A DNA stretch of 64,000 nt from Nitrospirales bacterium (GTDB lineage: Bacteria; Nitrospirota; Nitrospiria; Nitrospirales; UBA8639), in NCBI GenBank assembly GCA_965203295.1, contig CBDBCZ010000017.1:1088001-1152000 (forward strand), read 5' to 3'. Both the position numbers and the translations under genes were made by a program. Positions 51,057 to 63,881 of the stretch are shown one piece after another; within the stretch, counting starts at the first letter, position 1, and each line of letters starts with the position of its first letter. Under the pieces are notes generated by a model. That model was not told the origin of the DNA. It did no database searches and was given only the letters and a program-made list of their open reading frames with translations.

Positions 51057-54000
51057 ATGGCTACTGCTGTTCTGTTGCTGCTATCTCTGATAGTCACTGG
51101 AACCTATGCAGGTATGATAGGTATACATAGCTACATGCATGTACTGCAGGTCCCACCACTTTTCCGAGTTACCGGGTATTACTAATATTTTTATTTACGA
51201 AAGCCTACATGGGAAGGTGAGACGAGGCCACAACAATACAACGTATTTTTGCCAATAAAGTATGCACTATAAGGCCTGTGAATTGTGACACTAGACATAT
51301 GTATGCTAGAGTTTAAGAGGTATATGCACTTTGATAGTTACTGTAGCTTGTGCCCCCCTGATGAGCAGTTATTATTATAGTTACTGTTTTTATGGTTTTG
51401 GTTTTAGATCTCCGAAGTGAGATAGAAGATGCAAATGCTCGCTTCACCGAGGCCTTCAACCGGCAGGACGCTGAAGCTGTCTCCCAGTTTTACACTGAGG
51501 ACTGCTCCATGATGCCAACTGGAAGTGATGTCATACAAGGAAAAACAGGTCTTACCATTCTACCTGTTTAAGTGTAAAGCAGGGCTTATCGGAATTGACT
51601 TCGGCAATAAGAGAATCATTCGTACAGCACGCAAGTATAACAACTGACAAAAACAGTGCACAGAGACAGCTGTATACATGTAGAGCAGCTGAGTTTTATT
51701 AAAGACAGGCCCCTTGGTGCCGGCATCCAGTCCAAATAAGGTAACAGTGGTGAGGCTTGCATGTGTCACATTGTCCAGCAGTAACAAAGGAAACATGGAG
51801 TCTCTCAGACGCTATTGTGCAACATCTGCTGGGGGGGGGGGGGGGGGGGGGGGTTAAATCGCTTATGACTGACAGTGTCTGCATGCATGCCCTTGTTTGT
51901 CAATGAGGGCCTATATAATCTCAGCCATTTTGAATAGTTTTTGCATGTCAGATTCAGCATGCAGAATGAGATACTACGTTTTAACCTGATATTCCTGTTC
52001 CAGGTTGACACAATGTTATCAGCATAATTATAATGATTGATCTTGACAAATTCACAGTCAAACTCTTGTTGGACAGTTTTGACGGCCAGTAGATACATCA
52101 GAAAATATTTTAGTGACTACCGGAGACTATTGGTACCGGGTTAGCTGCTGTTTTCTGACGCCGTCATATACGACGACTAGAATTGCTGAAGCTGGCTAGC
52201 TAGCTCTGTGGGCATGTCAGACACATGCATGACGTAATACAAGCAATTCAGTACTGGAACTGAAATATCAGAACGGGGTTGAGTTCTGCCCCCGTATAGA
52301 GCTGCTGGTTTCGATGACATTTACGTATTTTTGCTACCCATGCATCAGCTAGGATAAACTGTTACAGGAAATGTAAAGTATTATTATGCTATTGATGCAA
52401 AAAAAAAAAAGATTTGCTATGGGTTACAAATAACCTTTATGCAATACAAAACATATAGTTGTATATTTTCTCTGCTTACTTATTCTAGACGCCAAACGGT
52501 AGCATAATTACTTTTTCAATAATCACATGAGGGTTCACTTCTGTGCTTGTGGAACATTGCATTTGTATACCTCCAATAGGTAGGCCAAATATAGGTTAGA
52601 TAAGATACTGAGGTGGAGTTATCTCTGGATAATAGATACCTTGCTAGCGCAGCACACAGAAGTGTCTAACTGATTTAGACCTAGTGCTATGACAGCTGTG
52701 AAAGCTATTGAGCTATTTGAAGTTTAGGCCTCAGTTGTGACAGGAAAATCATGAATAAAGATGTATGAGGTCGGATGAGGTATCTAAATCCAATAGATAC
52801 TCTGGCAGGTATCTATTAGATACCTCATTAAGCAGGCATACTTGAATCAAAGGATATTATTCATGACTAGGTCTAACAACTGTTTGACTCTTAGAACTAA
52901 AGCAGTGCATGTAGTAGTTTACCTGGAGCGTTGTCTGGCTCTATATAGGCATGTAAGAAGAGAAGTTCATACACTACATTCTACATGTGCAGGAGTTTAC
53001 AGAATCTGATTGACACTACAGTACTGGCCAGTTCTTATTATTGCATTATCCTGCAATTCCACTGCACTAATAGGTGGATGAATGTTTAGAGTTAGTTTTG
53101 GAAGTCATTCCTGCATGCAATGTAAAGTAGGGGTACTTAACAACTACATAGGTGCAAAGTTTAGCGCAGTACTTTATATATTCATGCACTTGCATACACC
53201 ATGTAAACATGCACAGATGTTAAAAAGGTGCTCGATAGCTTCTTCCAGATGGGTGTGGACAGTCTGGTAATAAAGACCGATGAAGTGGGACCCTCTGATG
53301 CAACTGATACTTTATATGAACGAAGCCATTATACCCTCTTTGACATAAAGAGCAACATCCTTGACAAAGGAAAGTAAGTAACATGTAGTTGGCAGATTCA
53401 TATGATCAAACAACTATACTGAAGGCCACCCGTGGACTTTCCAATTCCTCTCCCCCAAACATTTATTAACAGCTAAAATTAGTGCTATAGTAGCTGCTCT
53501 GGAGTGTTTCTTATTGTATACGGCTACTATAATATGACGGTCAGATTCAATTGCTACAATGCAAGATTACTTGCCTCGTATTAAGGCACTAAGTGATCTT
53601 GTGGTTTAAGTTGTAAATGATCATCCACATGCAGTATAAATTTCCAAGTACTTGTAGGTAGGTACTAGGACTTAGTGGGTTTAAAATTCTGTAACTTATT
53701 GTTTATTTGTTTGACTCATCTACATCATCATTCAGGCATGTGGTAGTGTGGAAGAAGGTCGCTGGGGAATGGCGTTTACACATTGACATCTTCAACAGCA
53801 ACATTAACCCAGCCCAGAAGTCTGGTGAAGATGGTGAGTGGATAAGCACATCTTATCGCTCTACAATTGTGCCATCCAAAAGCTCACATTATTAACCTAC
53901 CGTAGATGGGGAAATTTTTGTCATTTAAAAAAAAAAAAAATTGGCAGTACCCTACGGCGACAAAAATAAAAAAAAAAACACGAATTGTTTCAGCATAGAA

Positions 54001-57000
54001 CATGGGCTAATAACGCTCCACTTCCGAAGTGACAAAAAAAAATATACATGGCTATTAATGGACGAGTATTTATTTCCCGATTTACGATAAATTGAGTTTT
54101 AAATTGTGCCCATACAATAACAGTGTAGCACTTCTAATAATGCTGACATCTAGCTGACTAACAATACGTAGTGTAAAAATTGTACGATATGGGCTTTCCA
54201 AAACCCACCCACTTTTAGCGAGTATCTCTGATTGTCCTGAATTGTGGATATGACTTAGTATACTAATTCTTTAGGAAGAGACTAACTGCAAATTTGAGCT
54301 AGATAGAGCTGAGATATATTCCGATACATTTTATTCACTCTCCATCTAAAATGTACAGAAAACTTTAAGTGGGCGTATCTGGTAAATTAAACATATAAAC
54401 CAGTCGTAGAGTACAAAGGTAGATCAAACTGATGGGAGAAAATGTATTGAGGGGGTGTAGTCCTGGAAGCCCCTATTACAGTAGGTTGTTGGTGTTTTCA
54501 GTCTACATGTATTTTGCAGCTCTAAAGGAAGAAATTGTTGCCCTCAACAAGCAATACACAGAGGAGTGGGAGGAGCAGGATGCAGAGGGTGTGGCTTCAT
54601 TTTACACCTGTGATGCCAAGAGCATGGGCCCTGGAATGGATGTTATCCACGGGAAGAAAGGTATTCACTTACTCCCTTAAACAACAGATTCAATAATCAA
54701 TTAGCACAATAATTTATCCATGCAACTGCATGTATAATAGACACACATTTATACGCATGCACCCCACACGAAATACAACACACACTTTCGATATTTCTCT
54801 CTCTCTTCTCTCTCACATGTACACACACATACACACCTACATTGTGTACATGCACACACACACACACACACACACACACCAGCCATCACTGATTTCCTGA
54901 AGTTGTTGTTTGGCAAGGGTATAGCTCGTATAGACCTTGACACCAAGGAGATATCCACCATGGGAGCCTCTGAGGACACTCTCTATGAGAGGGGATACTA
55001 TACCCTCTCCGGTGCTGAGGGTGATGTCATTGACTATGGCAAGTAAGTCTGATGCAACATTACAGTTTAGTACAATGTCATACATGTGCTACTCTATGCC
55101 GAGGACTTCATAGGAAGCAGGTGAAATAGTTTATTAATAAGTTTGGTGAGTTTGTTATCATTCTACACTCCTCGATATTATTTTATTAGTTGTCCATTGT
55201 GCCTGATGAGCCAATCATGAAAACGGTACCTTCACTTACCTGCTGCCGACAATTAAACCTCCCACTTTGATGTTGCATCCTCAAAGCCTGTTTCGACAGG
55301 AAGGGATGTGGTGGAAGTTAGCCAGGCCAACCCTAGTTGTATAGAGTAGCTAAGTTAGATACCATAGGCGCCGGTTTTTAATCACCGGTGCTTATCAGGA
55401 CAATAGCGACAAAATGGGTGCTTAAAAAGCGGAAGGTGCCTAAAAGCGAGCTATTTTAGGCTACGCCCACAATTATTTGCCACGTGCACGCGCGCAAATT
55501 TAGACAGCTATTGATCGATCCGCTACGCTTATAAAGAAGCGATTGTACCTAGCTTTTCAAACAGTTCTGCCTTTCAACAAGAAAGATGACTTCTCCCGGG
55601 GAAACGGCAATTTACATCCATCGCGATGTCATCTGAGGGCATCATGTGTACAAGGCCCTGGCTTCGGATGACATAACAGCTCTACTTCTCACCATTTTAT
55701 TCCAGCTGTTCCAGCAGACTAAGCAATCTCATTGCTTCATTATCCAAACACTTTGATTGGTCAAACTAGAAGGTACAACTCGAAAGTGATCCGTCGGGCG
55801 CGACTTTAGCTAGCTACCGGTAGATAGTTCACCGAAAAATTTTCACTCTCGATAGCATATAATTAGAATAGGTGCTTATTGCTGCCCGAAAAATCAAGAG
55901 CGGGATGGGTGCTTAAAAGTGTATAGGTGCTTAAAAGTGAAGGGTGCTTAAAAACCGGCGCCTACGGTAGGTCATGTGCTTAACTAGATTGTAGTGTAAG
56001 GGGTTGTAGTATAGTGTAGTTATAGTTCTGTAGGTTAGGATAGATATAAGGGCTTTAGCCTAGAGCTAGTGAATGCAGTAATAATGATTAAGATACCTTT
56101 CAGTTTTCATGTGTTTACCTAACTTTCAGTCCTGTGCTTGGTGGCTTTATTGCCCCGGCAGGTTGAGTCAAGTTGGGTTTGGGTTTGGCACGTTTTTTGT
56201 GTCGGTAACTTTAAGTTAGTCTTTATTATTTTGCAATTCATGATGGCTACGTCTAATAGGGGGCAGTCACCAGCCCGGCATACCAAGGTGATGGACTCTT
56301 ATCCTGGTCCATTAAAGAAGGGTAGACAACAAAAAAAAAAATAGAAATATTGGGCCTTGTGATTTTGATGCTGCATCCTCAAAGCCTGTTTCGACAGGAA
56401 GGGATGTGGTGGAAGTTAGCTAGTTGTATAGAGTAACTATTAGTGTTCCACCGATATCTGCATCGGTATCGAGATCGGTGCCGATACGGCTGATTTATCA
56501 TATATCGGTATCGATTTATAAACTTAGCGATATACCGCACGTGATGTGCCTCGTGTAAAGTTTGGCGATGGCAGCGAGACAGCGAAGAAGTGGAGTGTGG
56601 GAGCATTTTACGATTAATGCTGCAGATGGAGCCAAGGCCTCGTGTTCTATCTGTGGAGTGGTAGTATCGAGAGGTGGTACGGAGGCAAAAAGCTACAACA
56701 CCACTAACTTACGCAAGCATCTCGAGTCTAAACACCATGAAGAGTATCGACGGCTTGAAGTGAAAGAGCGAGAAGCAGCCAAGGCAAAGGGAGGTGCTAA
56801 ACAAATGACGTTGGCAGAGTCGATTGATAAGGTACAGCCTTATGCCTTTGACCATCCCAGAGCTCGGGAAATTCATAAGCGAATCGGGGAGATGATCGCT
56901 GTAGATAATGAGCCGTTTACTTTAGTAAATCACGTTGGCTTTGCTCGTCTGATGAATCTGGTGGAACCCCGTTATCAATTTCCATCAGACAAGTACTTCT

Positions 57001-59277
57001 CTGAAAAGCTGATACCGGAAATGTATGAAAAAGTTTGTGGAAGAGTGAAAATTCTTGTGTCAAAGGCAGCTCATGTCAGCATCACAACTGACGTGTGGAG
57101 CTCAGTGGCACAAGATTCCTACATCAGCTTAACAGCTCATTACATCACCCCAGATTTTGAACATCAACAGGTGTGCTTGCATGCAGCTCCTTTCAATGAC
57201 CGACATACCGGTGAACACATAGTAGCTATGCTCACCAAGTGTCTTGAGAACTGGAACCTAGCTGAGAAGCTGCATGTAGTTGTCCGAGACAACGGTAGCA
57301 ACTTTGTTGCTGGTCTTCGAGATGGAGAAATTCCGAACATACCTTGTTTGGCGCACACCCTCCAACTTGTTGTGAAAGACGGGTGTCTTGGTCAGCCTGC
57401 TATTACAGACCTCACTGCAAAAGCTCGCAAGTTGGTCGGCCACTATAAGCACTCCAATATTGCTCTTCAGTCCCTCCTTAAAATTCAAGAGCAACTTGGT
57501 ATGCCTCGGAATCGACTGATTCAGGATGAGCCTACTAGGTGGAATACCACATTTTACATGCTTCAACGGCTACTGGAGCAGAAAAAAGCGATAACTGCCG
57601 CAGGTGTAGAGCTAGAGGTTCCAATTGAGTTAACCAGTGCCAACTGGGCCTTAGCAGAGAAGGCTATGAAAGTACTCCAGGTGTACGAAGAAGCGACACG
57701 TGAAGCCAGTGGTGACTACTCCTCAGCTTCTGTTGTTATCCCAGTAGTTAATAGCATCATGAGGTCACTGGAAGTGTCTGATTCTGATACTGGAGTGATG
57801 AAAATGAAGCGAGGAATGCTGGCATCACTTAAGCATCGCTACGAGAACATGGAATCGAATGAATACTTCGCCATAGCTACTCTACTGGATCCGAGATTCA
57901 AGCTGCGAGTTTTCTCTTCAACCTCTTCTGGAGCATTAGCAAAGCAGATGCTGATTTCATCGTATGAAACTCTAGAATCACAAGATAACTCCAATCCTCC
58001 TTCCCCCAAACGCATGCGGGAGCAGAGTGAAGATAGTGAACCTCCTAGTTCACTTCTCTGGAAGTTCTGTAATGAGTTGATAGAAGAAAAATCTGAAACT
58101 GAGAGTTCACCTAAATCAACACAGTCTGTGATCGACAGCTACCTCAAGGAACCTAATCAGCCTAGGAAGTCAAGTCCGCTTGCTTACTGGAAGGATAGGC
58201 AGTCAGTATGGCCAATTCTGGCCAACTTGGCCCAACAGTATCTTTGTGCTCCACCTGCTACTGTGGCTTCAGAAAGGTTGTTCAGTGCTGCAGCAAACAT
58301 ATGTACTGATTCGCGAAATCGTCTCTCCCCAAAGAAGGTTGAACAGCTGCTATTTTTAAACAAAAACTTGCAGTTTGTAAGTTTTGATTATTAACTCCCC
58401 ATTCTTTGTGCTTTTATACTCTTCTGTTATGTACTGAGAAATGTAATTAAACGGCTCTTATCGGTATCGGGTATTGGGATTTATTTGATTAAAGACATCG
58501 GTATCGTACATATTAGTAAATAGTGGTATCGGTGGAACACTAGTAACTATAGTAAGTTAGATAGGTCATGTGCTTAAATAACTAGATTGTAGTGTTATGT
58601 TGCGTTCCTGCATGAAACACTGCTCATAAACATACAAATCACTTATAATCGCTGCTATATGCATGTACGCAAGAGTATATATTGAACTATGAGTTCCATC
58701 GAGGCAGCATAGGACTAAAGCTTACTAGGAACACACACACAGAAAATATATCTTTCATATCTTAGTTTACAGTGCAGATAAGAACAAACTCTATACTAAC
58801 TTGGGAGCTGTATTAAACCTCCCTTGTTAAAACTACATGACAAAATTCACCCTGACCTCTGACTCTTTGTCCATGACAACTTCAATGATAGCACCCAAAA
58901 AACTGCCCAAGACACCATTTTGAACACGAGCCTTGCCCCCAAGGCCCGAGGGAGAGGGACACACAAACTTGGTATTATAGTATATATAAAAAGCTAGCTG
59001 AGATTGTTAGGTCCATATCACGCGATATAATTGGCCTCGCTGCACTCAGCAGTATTACTAGTATTGTCAGCACTGCAGTCATACAATTGAACACTGTCAG
59101 CCATATACCATTTACATGTGTACTCCATGTAGTCTATTCTCAAGTGTTATTCATGATGTGTGTTGCATTTATAATAGGTACATATACCTGTGGAAGAGGG
59201 TGGATGGTCAGTGGAAGATCTATGCGGACATCTTTAACACCAACTCGAGTCCTCCTGAGTCTCATGATGAACTTTAA
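51057..59277 (+). CDS. ER-lumenal double NTF2-like protein, copy F, 283 aa (intron 6 carries hAT transposon)
   Basis: Exons 51057-51111, 51408-51548, 53217-53373, 53736-53833, 54520-54660, 54883-55042, 59178-59277. Intact frame; ends SHDEL*. Confidence 0.88.
55362..55967. mobile_element. Tc1/mariner-type MITE (606 bp, TA TSD)
   Basis: TA|CCATAGGCGCCGGTTTTTAA ... TTAAAAACCGGCGCCTACGG|TA. Empty site GTTAGATAGGTCATG at ~58556. Subterminal GGTGCTTA repeats. Confidence 0.85.
56441..58542 (+). mobile_element. Complete autonomous hAT DNA transposon (2102 bp)
   Basis: Perfect 16-bp TIRs TAGTGTTCCACCGATA; 8-bp TSD GTAACTAT at 56433 and 58543; subterminal ATCGGT/CCGAT repeats. Confidence 0.95.
56568..58394 (+). 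CDS. hAT transposase (BED zinc finger, DDE, hATC dimerisation; ZBED1/ZBED4-like), 608 aa
   Basis: VWEHF..CSIC..HLESKH BED finger, TTDVW, RDNGSN, CLAHTLQL, TRWNT, LLDPRFK, YLCAPPATVASERLFS; no stops. Confidence 0.95.
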   Translation: MAARQRRSGVWEHFTINAADGAKASCSICGVVVSRGGTEAKSYNTTNLRKHLESKHHEEYRRLEVKEREAAKAKGGAKQMTLAESIDKVQPYAFDHPRAREIHKRIGEMIAVDNEPFTLVNHVGFARLMNLVEPRYQFPSDKYFSEKLIPEMYEKVCGRVKILVSKAAHVSITTDVWSSVAQDSYISLTAHYITPDFEHQQVCLHAAPFNDRHTGEHIVAMLTKCLENWNLAEKLHVVVRDNGSNFVAGLRDGEIPNIPCLAHTLQLVVKDGCLGQPAITDLTAKARKLVGHYKHSNIALQSLLKIQEQLGMPRNRLIQDEPTRWNTTFYMLQRLLEQKKAITAAGVELEVPIELTSANWALAEKAMKVLQVYEEATREASGDYSSASVVIPVVNSIMRSLEVSDSDTGVMKMKRGMLASLKHRYENMESNEYFAIATLLDPRFKLRVFSSTSSGALAKQMLISSYETLESQDNSNPPSPKRMREQSEDSEPPSSLLWKFCNELIEEKSETESSPKSTQSVIDSYLKEPNQPRKSSPLAYWKDRQSVWPILANLAQQYLCAPPATVASERLFSAAANICTDSRNRLSPKKVEQLLFLNKNLQFVSFDY

Positions 59278-59705
59278 AAGATTGCAAGACAATCTTTAGG
59301 TTGTGAATGTAGCAGTGACTACATGTTACAGTAGTATAATAGCTAGCCACCGTCTTTCTGACTAGCTACAATTTGTGTTAGAACATTTTGTTTTTCGCTT
59401 GACTTATAGCAACTACTTGTGAAAGGTGAAAGTGCATTAAAGTGCAGAAATTTTTTTTGGACTATTTGTCGATGCTCAGAAACTGCCCTCGTATCAGATC
59501 TCACTACTAACACTTAAGATCGTCATGTAGCTATACTGCATGTTATAAACCACCCCCTAGACGCATTTACCAGTAAAACACGAGTCTCAGACAGTTCCAG
59601 GTAAACCCTGAGGGTGAAGCCCAGTCTTGCAGGCCAGTTTAACTTTTCCTCCTCAGGTGGCGAAAAGTTAGTCTGGCTTGCGAGACTATATAGGTGGCGA
59701 CTAAA

Positions 59706-60247
59706 ATGGCAGCGAAGTTGGAGCTCCCAGAACCGCTTGCTCTTTGTATTCAGACAGCTTTGAATGCTGGTAGGAGACTCTCTTGGAGAGTGTGCGGGGC
59801 ACTCTTGTACAGCTTGTCTGGAAGTCTGACTCTCCTTCACTTGACGCCCCGCTTGCCATCACGCGCCCACGTAAGCAGTCCCCTTTACAGATTAGGAGGA
59901 GCCAACGGCGACTACAGGAGTTCCTGAAGCGTAAGAAGCAGCTGGCAGTCTCTGGTGGTGTTGAAACGGAAGCTCGGGTGGGAATTACTACCGGAGCCGA
60001 ACATCCACCGCCTGTATCTGCGCATACTCCAATTAAAGACCACTTGCTGGATAGTCTGGAAAACCAACCAGATTGTGGGGCTCTGGAGGATGTCCAAGAA
60101 GTTGACCTGGCAACTTGCAAGTCAGTACGCTTTGAAAGCAATGATGGAATACCTGGGTTACGCTGCACATTATCATCTGGTGTTGAAAAGTGGACCCCCG
60201 TAAGAAAGAAGCAGAAGTCCAGAGTTCAGAGAGTACAAAGAATGTGA
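59706..60247 (+). pseudogene. Frameshifted ORF of a probable retroelement-like repeat
   Basis: MAAKLELPEPLALCIQTALNAGRRLSWRV shifts near 59790 into ESVRGTLVQLVWKSD...RKQSPLQIRRSQRRLQEFLKRKK...EKWTPV. Followed by an (ATATTC)n tail. Confidence 0.45.
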
Positions 60248-60457
60248 TAGAGTCCTGGTTTGATGTATTATGAATATATAGTGTTTCGTTGATACCTGTA
60301 ATCCTTTCCTCGATTGCTTGTCGAACTCGAGCTAGAACAAATATTACTGAAGGAACATTGTTATTGACGCTGTTAGACCCCTGATTGTACAATATGTACC
60401 TATATTTGGTCTCATGGGTCAGTTTTGGCCCGCTACCCTAGGGGTGTGACCTAAAAA

Positions 60458-60590
60458 ATATTCATATTCATATTCATATTCATATTCATATTCATATTCA
60501 TATTCATATTCATATTCATATTCATATTCATATTCATATTCATATTCATATTCATATTCATATTCATATTCATATTCATATTCATATTCA
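60458..60590 (+). repeat. (ATATTC)n microsatellite, ~22 units
   Basis: Pure hexamer run. Confidence 0.95.
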
Positions 60591-61329
60591 TTCATACATG
60601 AGTGAAGCCTACCTGTTTAATATTTGCATATTTACATGAGACACTAAAGCCCAGGTGCCCTTTGGTGCACACATGTGCAGAGCCCAAAAGACACATGCAA
60701 TATTATATAGCAAATGGCAGTCACTACATGCACTTCTGAGCCTTAGTCATGGAGTACGGTAGTACTCCATATGTAGGGATGGGCCTGCAAAAAAATGGCT
60801 TCCCCATTAAATGTGTACAAAATGACATGTTAAGAACTCTGCTGTAGGCAAAGTCTAGGGCTAATATGAGCCTTGCCAGTTATTCTCGAGCGTTGTCATC
60901 ATTAGCGAGACTGTTAACTCTGCCGAAGAATATCTCTAAAGTACCAAAGCGGCAAGTGGCTAAAACGGGCAGACGGTCTATCTTGTCGTTCTTGTTCTTT
61001 CAGACAGGATAGCACAATAACGACTGAAGTGATTAGAAAGATTCCAACACGAACGGGCATGATTGACCCTCGGGTAGTGCCTTTTGGGTATAGCGCCTTC
61101 AATGAACTGGATTTAGTTCAGCAGTGATAACGATCACTCTCGAGTGGACGCTTGCCACTCACACGCCATTTTACTGTAAGATTATACGCATGCGCAAATT
61201 GCCTGCCAGCACGTGTTCAGTGGTCTATTTAAAGCCTACCTTGGATCGAGTGGAAGTGCGAAAGTGTCTGAAATTCGTGTATTTGCTGATCTTCTTGGAA
61301 TTACAAGGTATTTTGCATGCAGTATGCCT

Positions 61330-61550
61330 AGTTAAACGACTCAGCCTATCAGCATGTTCAGAGAGCCTGTGCACTTCCCATTGATGACAAACTTAATGGC
61401 AGATGTGTAGTAGCCAATGAAATCAGCAGCTCTGAATATGAAGGCAGTAAGGGCCAGCAGTCTGTGAAATGGCACTGTAGTAGTGAGTGCAACACAGTCA
61501 CTGAAGCAGAAGTAGCTGCCATAGTTCACCTCAAGCAGGCATTTGAGGAC
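61330..61550 (+). pseudogene. Coding fragment of a probable transposon (Helitron-like) protein
   Basis: Open frame LPIDDKLNGRCVVANEISS...KWHCSSECNTVTEAEVAAIVHLKQAFED breaks abruptly into G-poor sequence. Family assignment from recall only. Confidence 0.3.
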
Positions 61551-61860
61551 GCTTCTCACCCAAGTTCACCCCAACACAACTCTGCACTTTATACTGATAA
61601 CCTCAACAACACCCAGTATCATTCTACTCGTGCCAATACGTTCACATACTTCCATACATCTGCAACACTATACATCACAACACTTCTTTATACACAATAA
61701 AACGCCCCACATGTACATCCTTGTACACAAATACAAAACAATCCAAACTCAGAAATCTACTGGCCAACCCCACTCATAATAACATCAACACTCCATAACA
61801 CTCCAAATCCTTTCATGCCATCTCCCCAAAAAACGCCCCAAAACAAGTTACAGAAAAAGC

Positions 61861-62812
61861 ACTTTCCAAAAAGTGCAAAAACCAGTCATGTAGGGATGCA
61901 CTTCTAGCAAAAAACACTTTCCCAAAAACCAACGAAACAAGCGACAATGCCCACCGGAAGGCGTGCACAGACTACCCACACATCACAGCGCGATGCATTT
62001 ACCGCGTACCTACCATCCCTACATCTTTCCAACCACACCCATCACAAACCATACCACACACCCATACACAACACCCTTCAACACACACCACCATCCACAA
62101 TCATCACCATCCTCAACCGTTATACCACAACAACCACCCTCACATCCACTTCCACAATGATTACATACTTCACAAAACACAACGCCCCACGCTACAGCCA
62201 ACCCAAATCTCCACAGCAACACTACTCCCATCAAAACCCACTCTGCTCCATAAATCCCACTCACAAGCATAAACCAACCAGAGACACAACACGCAACACT
62301 CCCAATGAATATCACCGCAACAAACCTTCACACCAACACGAACAACACACCACATTCAACTCCACAACTCCCAATCTAGCTACACTTTACCAAACACTTG
62401 CACCCACATCGACCTCCCCTTTAAAGAACATCCACACACACCACAACACTCAACCATCCATCTCCAAACACTCCCAAACCCCTATACAAACACCACTCTC
62501 AACCACTCACTTGTCCAATATCTACACAATCAACACTTTCACCTACCATGCGCCAACACATGCACTCACTCAGTAGCAGCACATAAACACAGACACTACC
62601 ACTATTCCCATCTCATATAGACATCATTGGAGGGGTGTGGTTGGAAAGATGTAGGGATGGTAGGTACGCGGTAAATGCATCGCGCTGTGATGTGTGGGTA
62701 GTCTGTGCACGCCTTCCGGTGGGCATTGTCGCTTGTTTCGTTGGTTTTTGGGAAAGTGTTTTTTGCTAGAAGTGCATCCCTACATGACTGGTTTTTGCAC
62801 TTTTTGGAAAGT
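61861..62812. repeat. Perfect 180-bp inverted repeat (61861-62040 / 62633-62812) around a G-depleted spacer
   Basis: Arms are reverse complements by eye, from ACTTTCCAAAAAGTGC to AACCACACCC. Confidence 0.9.
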
Positions 62813-63881
62813 TTATATAATAGTTCTCTTACCATAAACTGCACTCTGGATAGGACTAGAGCTCTAGCTGTCAACTTTTATTTTTTTCCTGTGATCAATG
62901 AGCAGGTCATGACCAGCTATAATATACACGTATATATATAAACAGCTACAGCTGACAGTAATGTAAAAGAAACCTTACCCTGCCCACGTGAGATTTAAGC
63001 AACTGGGAATGAGGCTACAAAGTAGCATGATGGTTGCAGATCATGTGAAGAGCAGTATATAGTAACTGTATGCATAGTACTGCAGCATGAGAATGATGTT
63101 GTTTCTTTTTGTTTATAATTAGCTTGAATTAATGTACAATGTCATGTAGAGTGCAGTTGTGGCAAGACGATAAGTGAGAGGAGAACAGCATAATTATACG
63201 TACAATGTAGTGAGCTGGACAGCTGTAGAAATGTGGATATATAATGCCATGCCATTATATATCCTCATATCTACAGCTGTTACTAACAGTGCAGTTAGTA
63301 ATTATCATGAGTTCAAAGTTATAGCTATACCGTTTAGCACTCAGATACAAACTCTGTTCTTTCTTGGTGACTATAGTTAAACGTTGTTGGACTGATTGGT
63401 GCATGATTTCTCTGTGTTAGTCTAAGAGTCTTGATGGCATTGGTTGATACATAGACCCTGATTGGGAAGTACATAGTGTACGTACTTGTTAAATGTGGAA
63501 TATTAATTATTATTCTGTAACTACCACACTGTGTAGGCAGTTCAAAGATGCCGGGTACCGGTACCATGAAATCTCTGCATACCCACAAGCTAGTGTGCAT
63601 GAATGTGTAGTACAAGCCACTTAGAAGCCAGAGTATAATTATACAGGAAACCCACAAGTCTGAGTGCATGGGTAGTGTATTATTAGTGTCGTATTTACAT
63701 TTGTGGGAGTTCAAGTAGCTTTCTTTTGACTTCTTTGCATGCTACCTGTCACCCAGCAGGCCAGCATCTTTTAAACAACACAAACATACTATACTTCAAA
63801 GGTCTCCCCACTAATATAACCTGAACTGCCTATACTACGTAATAAATAGGTATAGTTGCTGAATAGATATCCCCACTGCAT

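Noticed and set aside
57164..57566. Antisense ORFs within the transposase
   Set aside because: Shadow frames of the hAT coding sequence.
61947..62576. 209-aa Thr/His/Pro-rich mucin-like ORF
   Set aside because: Openness is explained by extreme A/C bias; no signal peptide or splice support.
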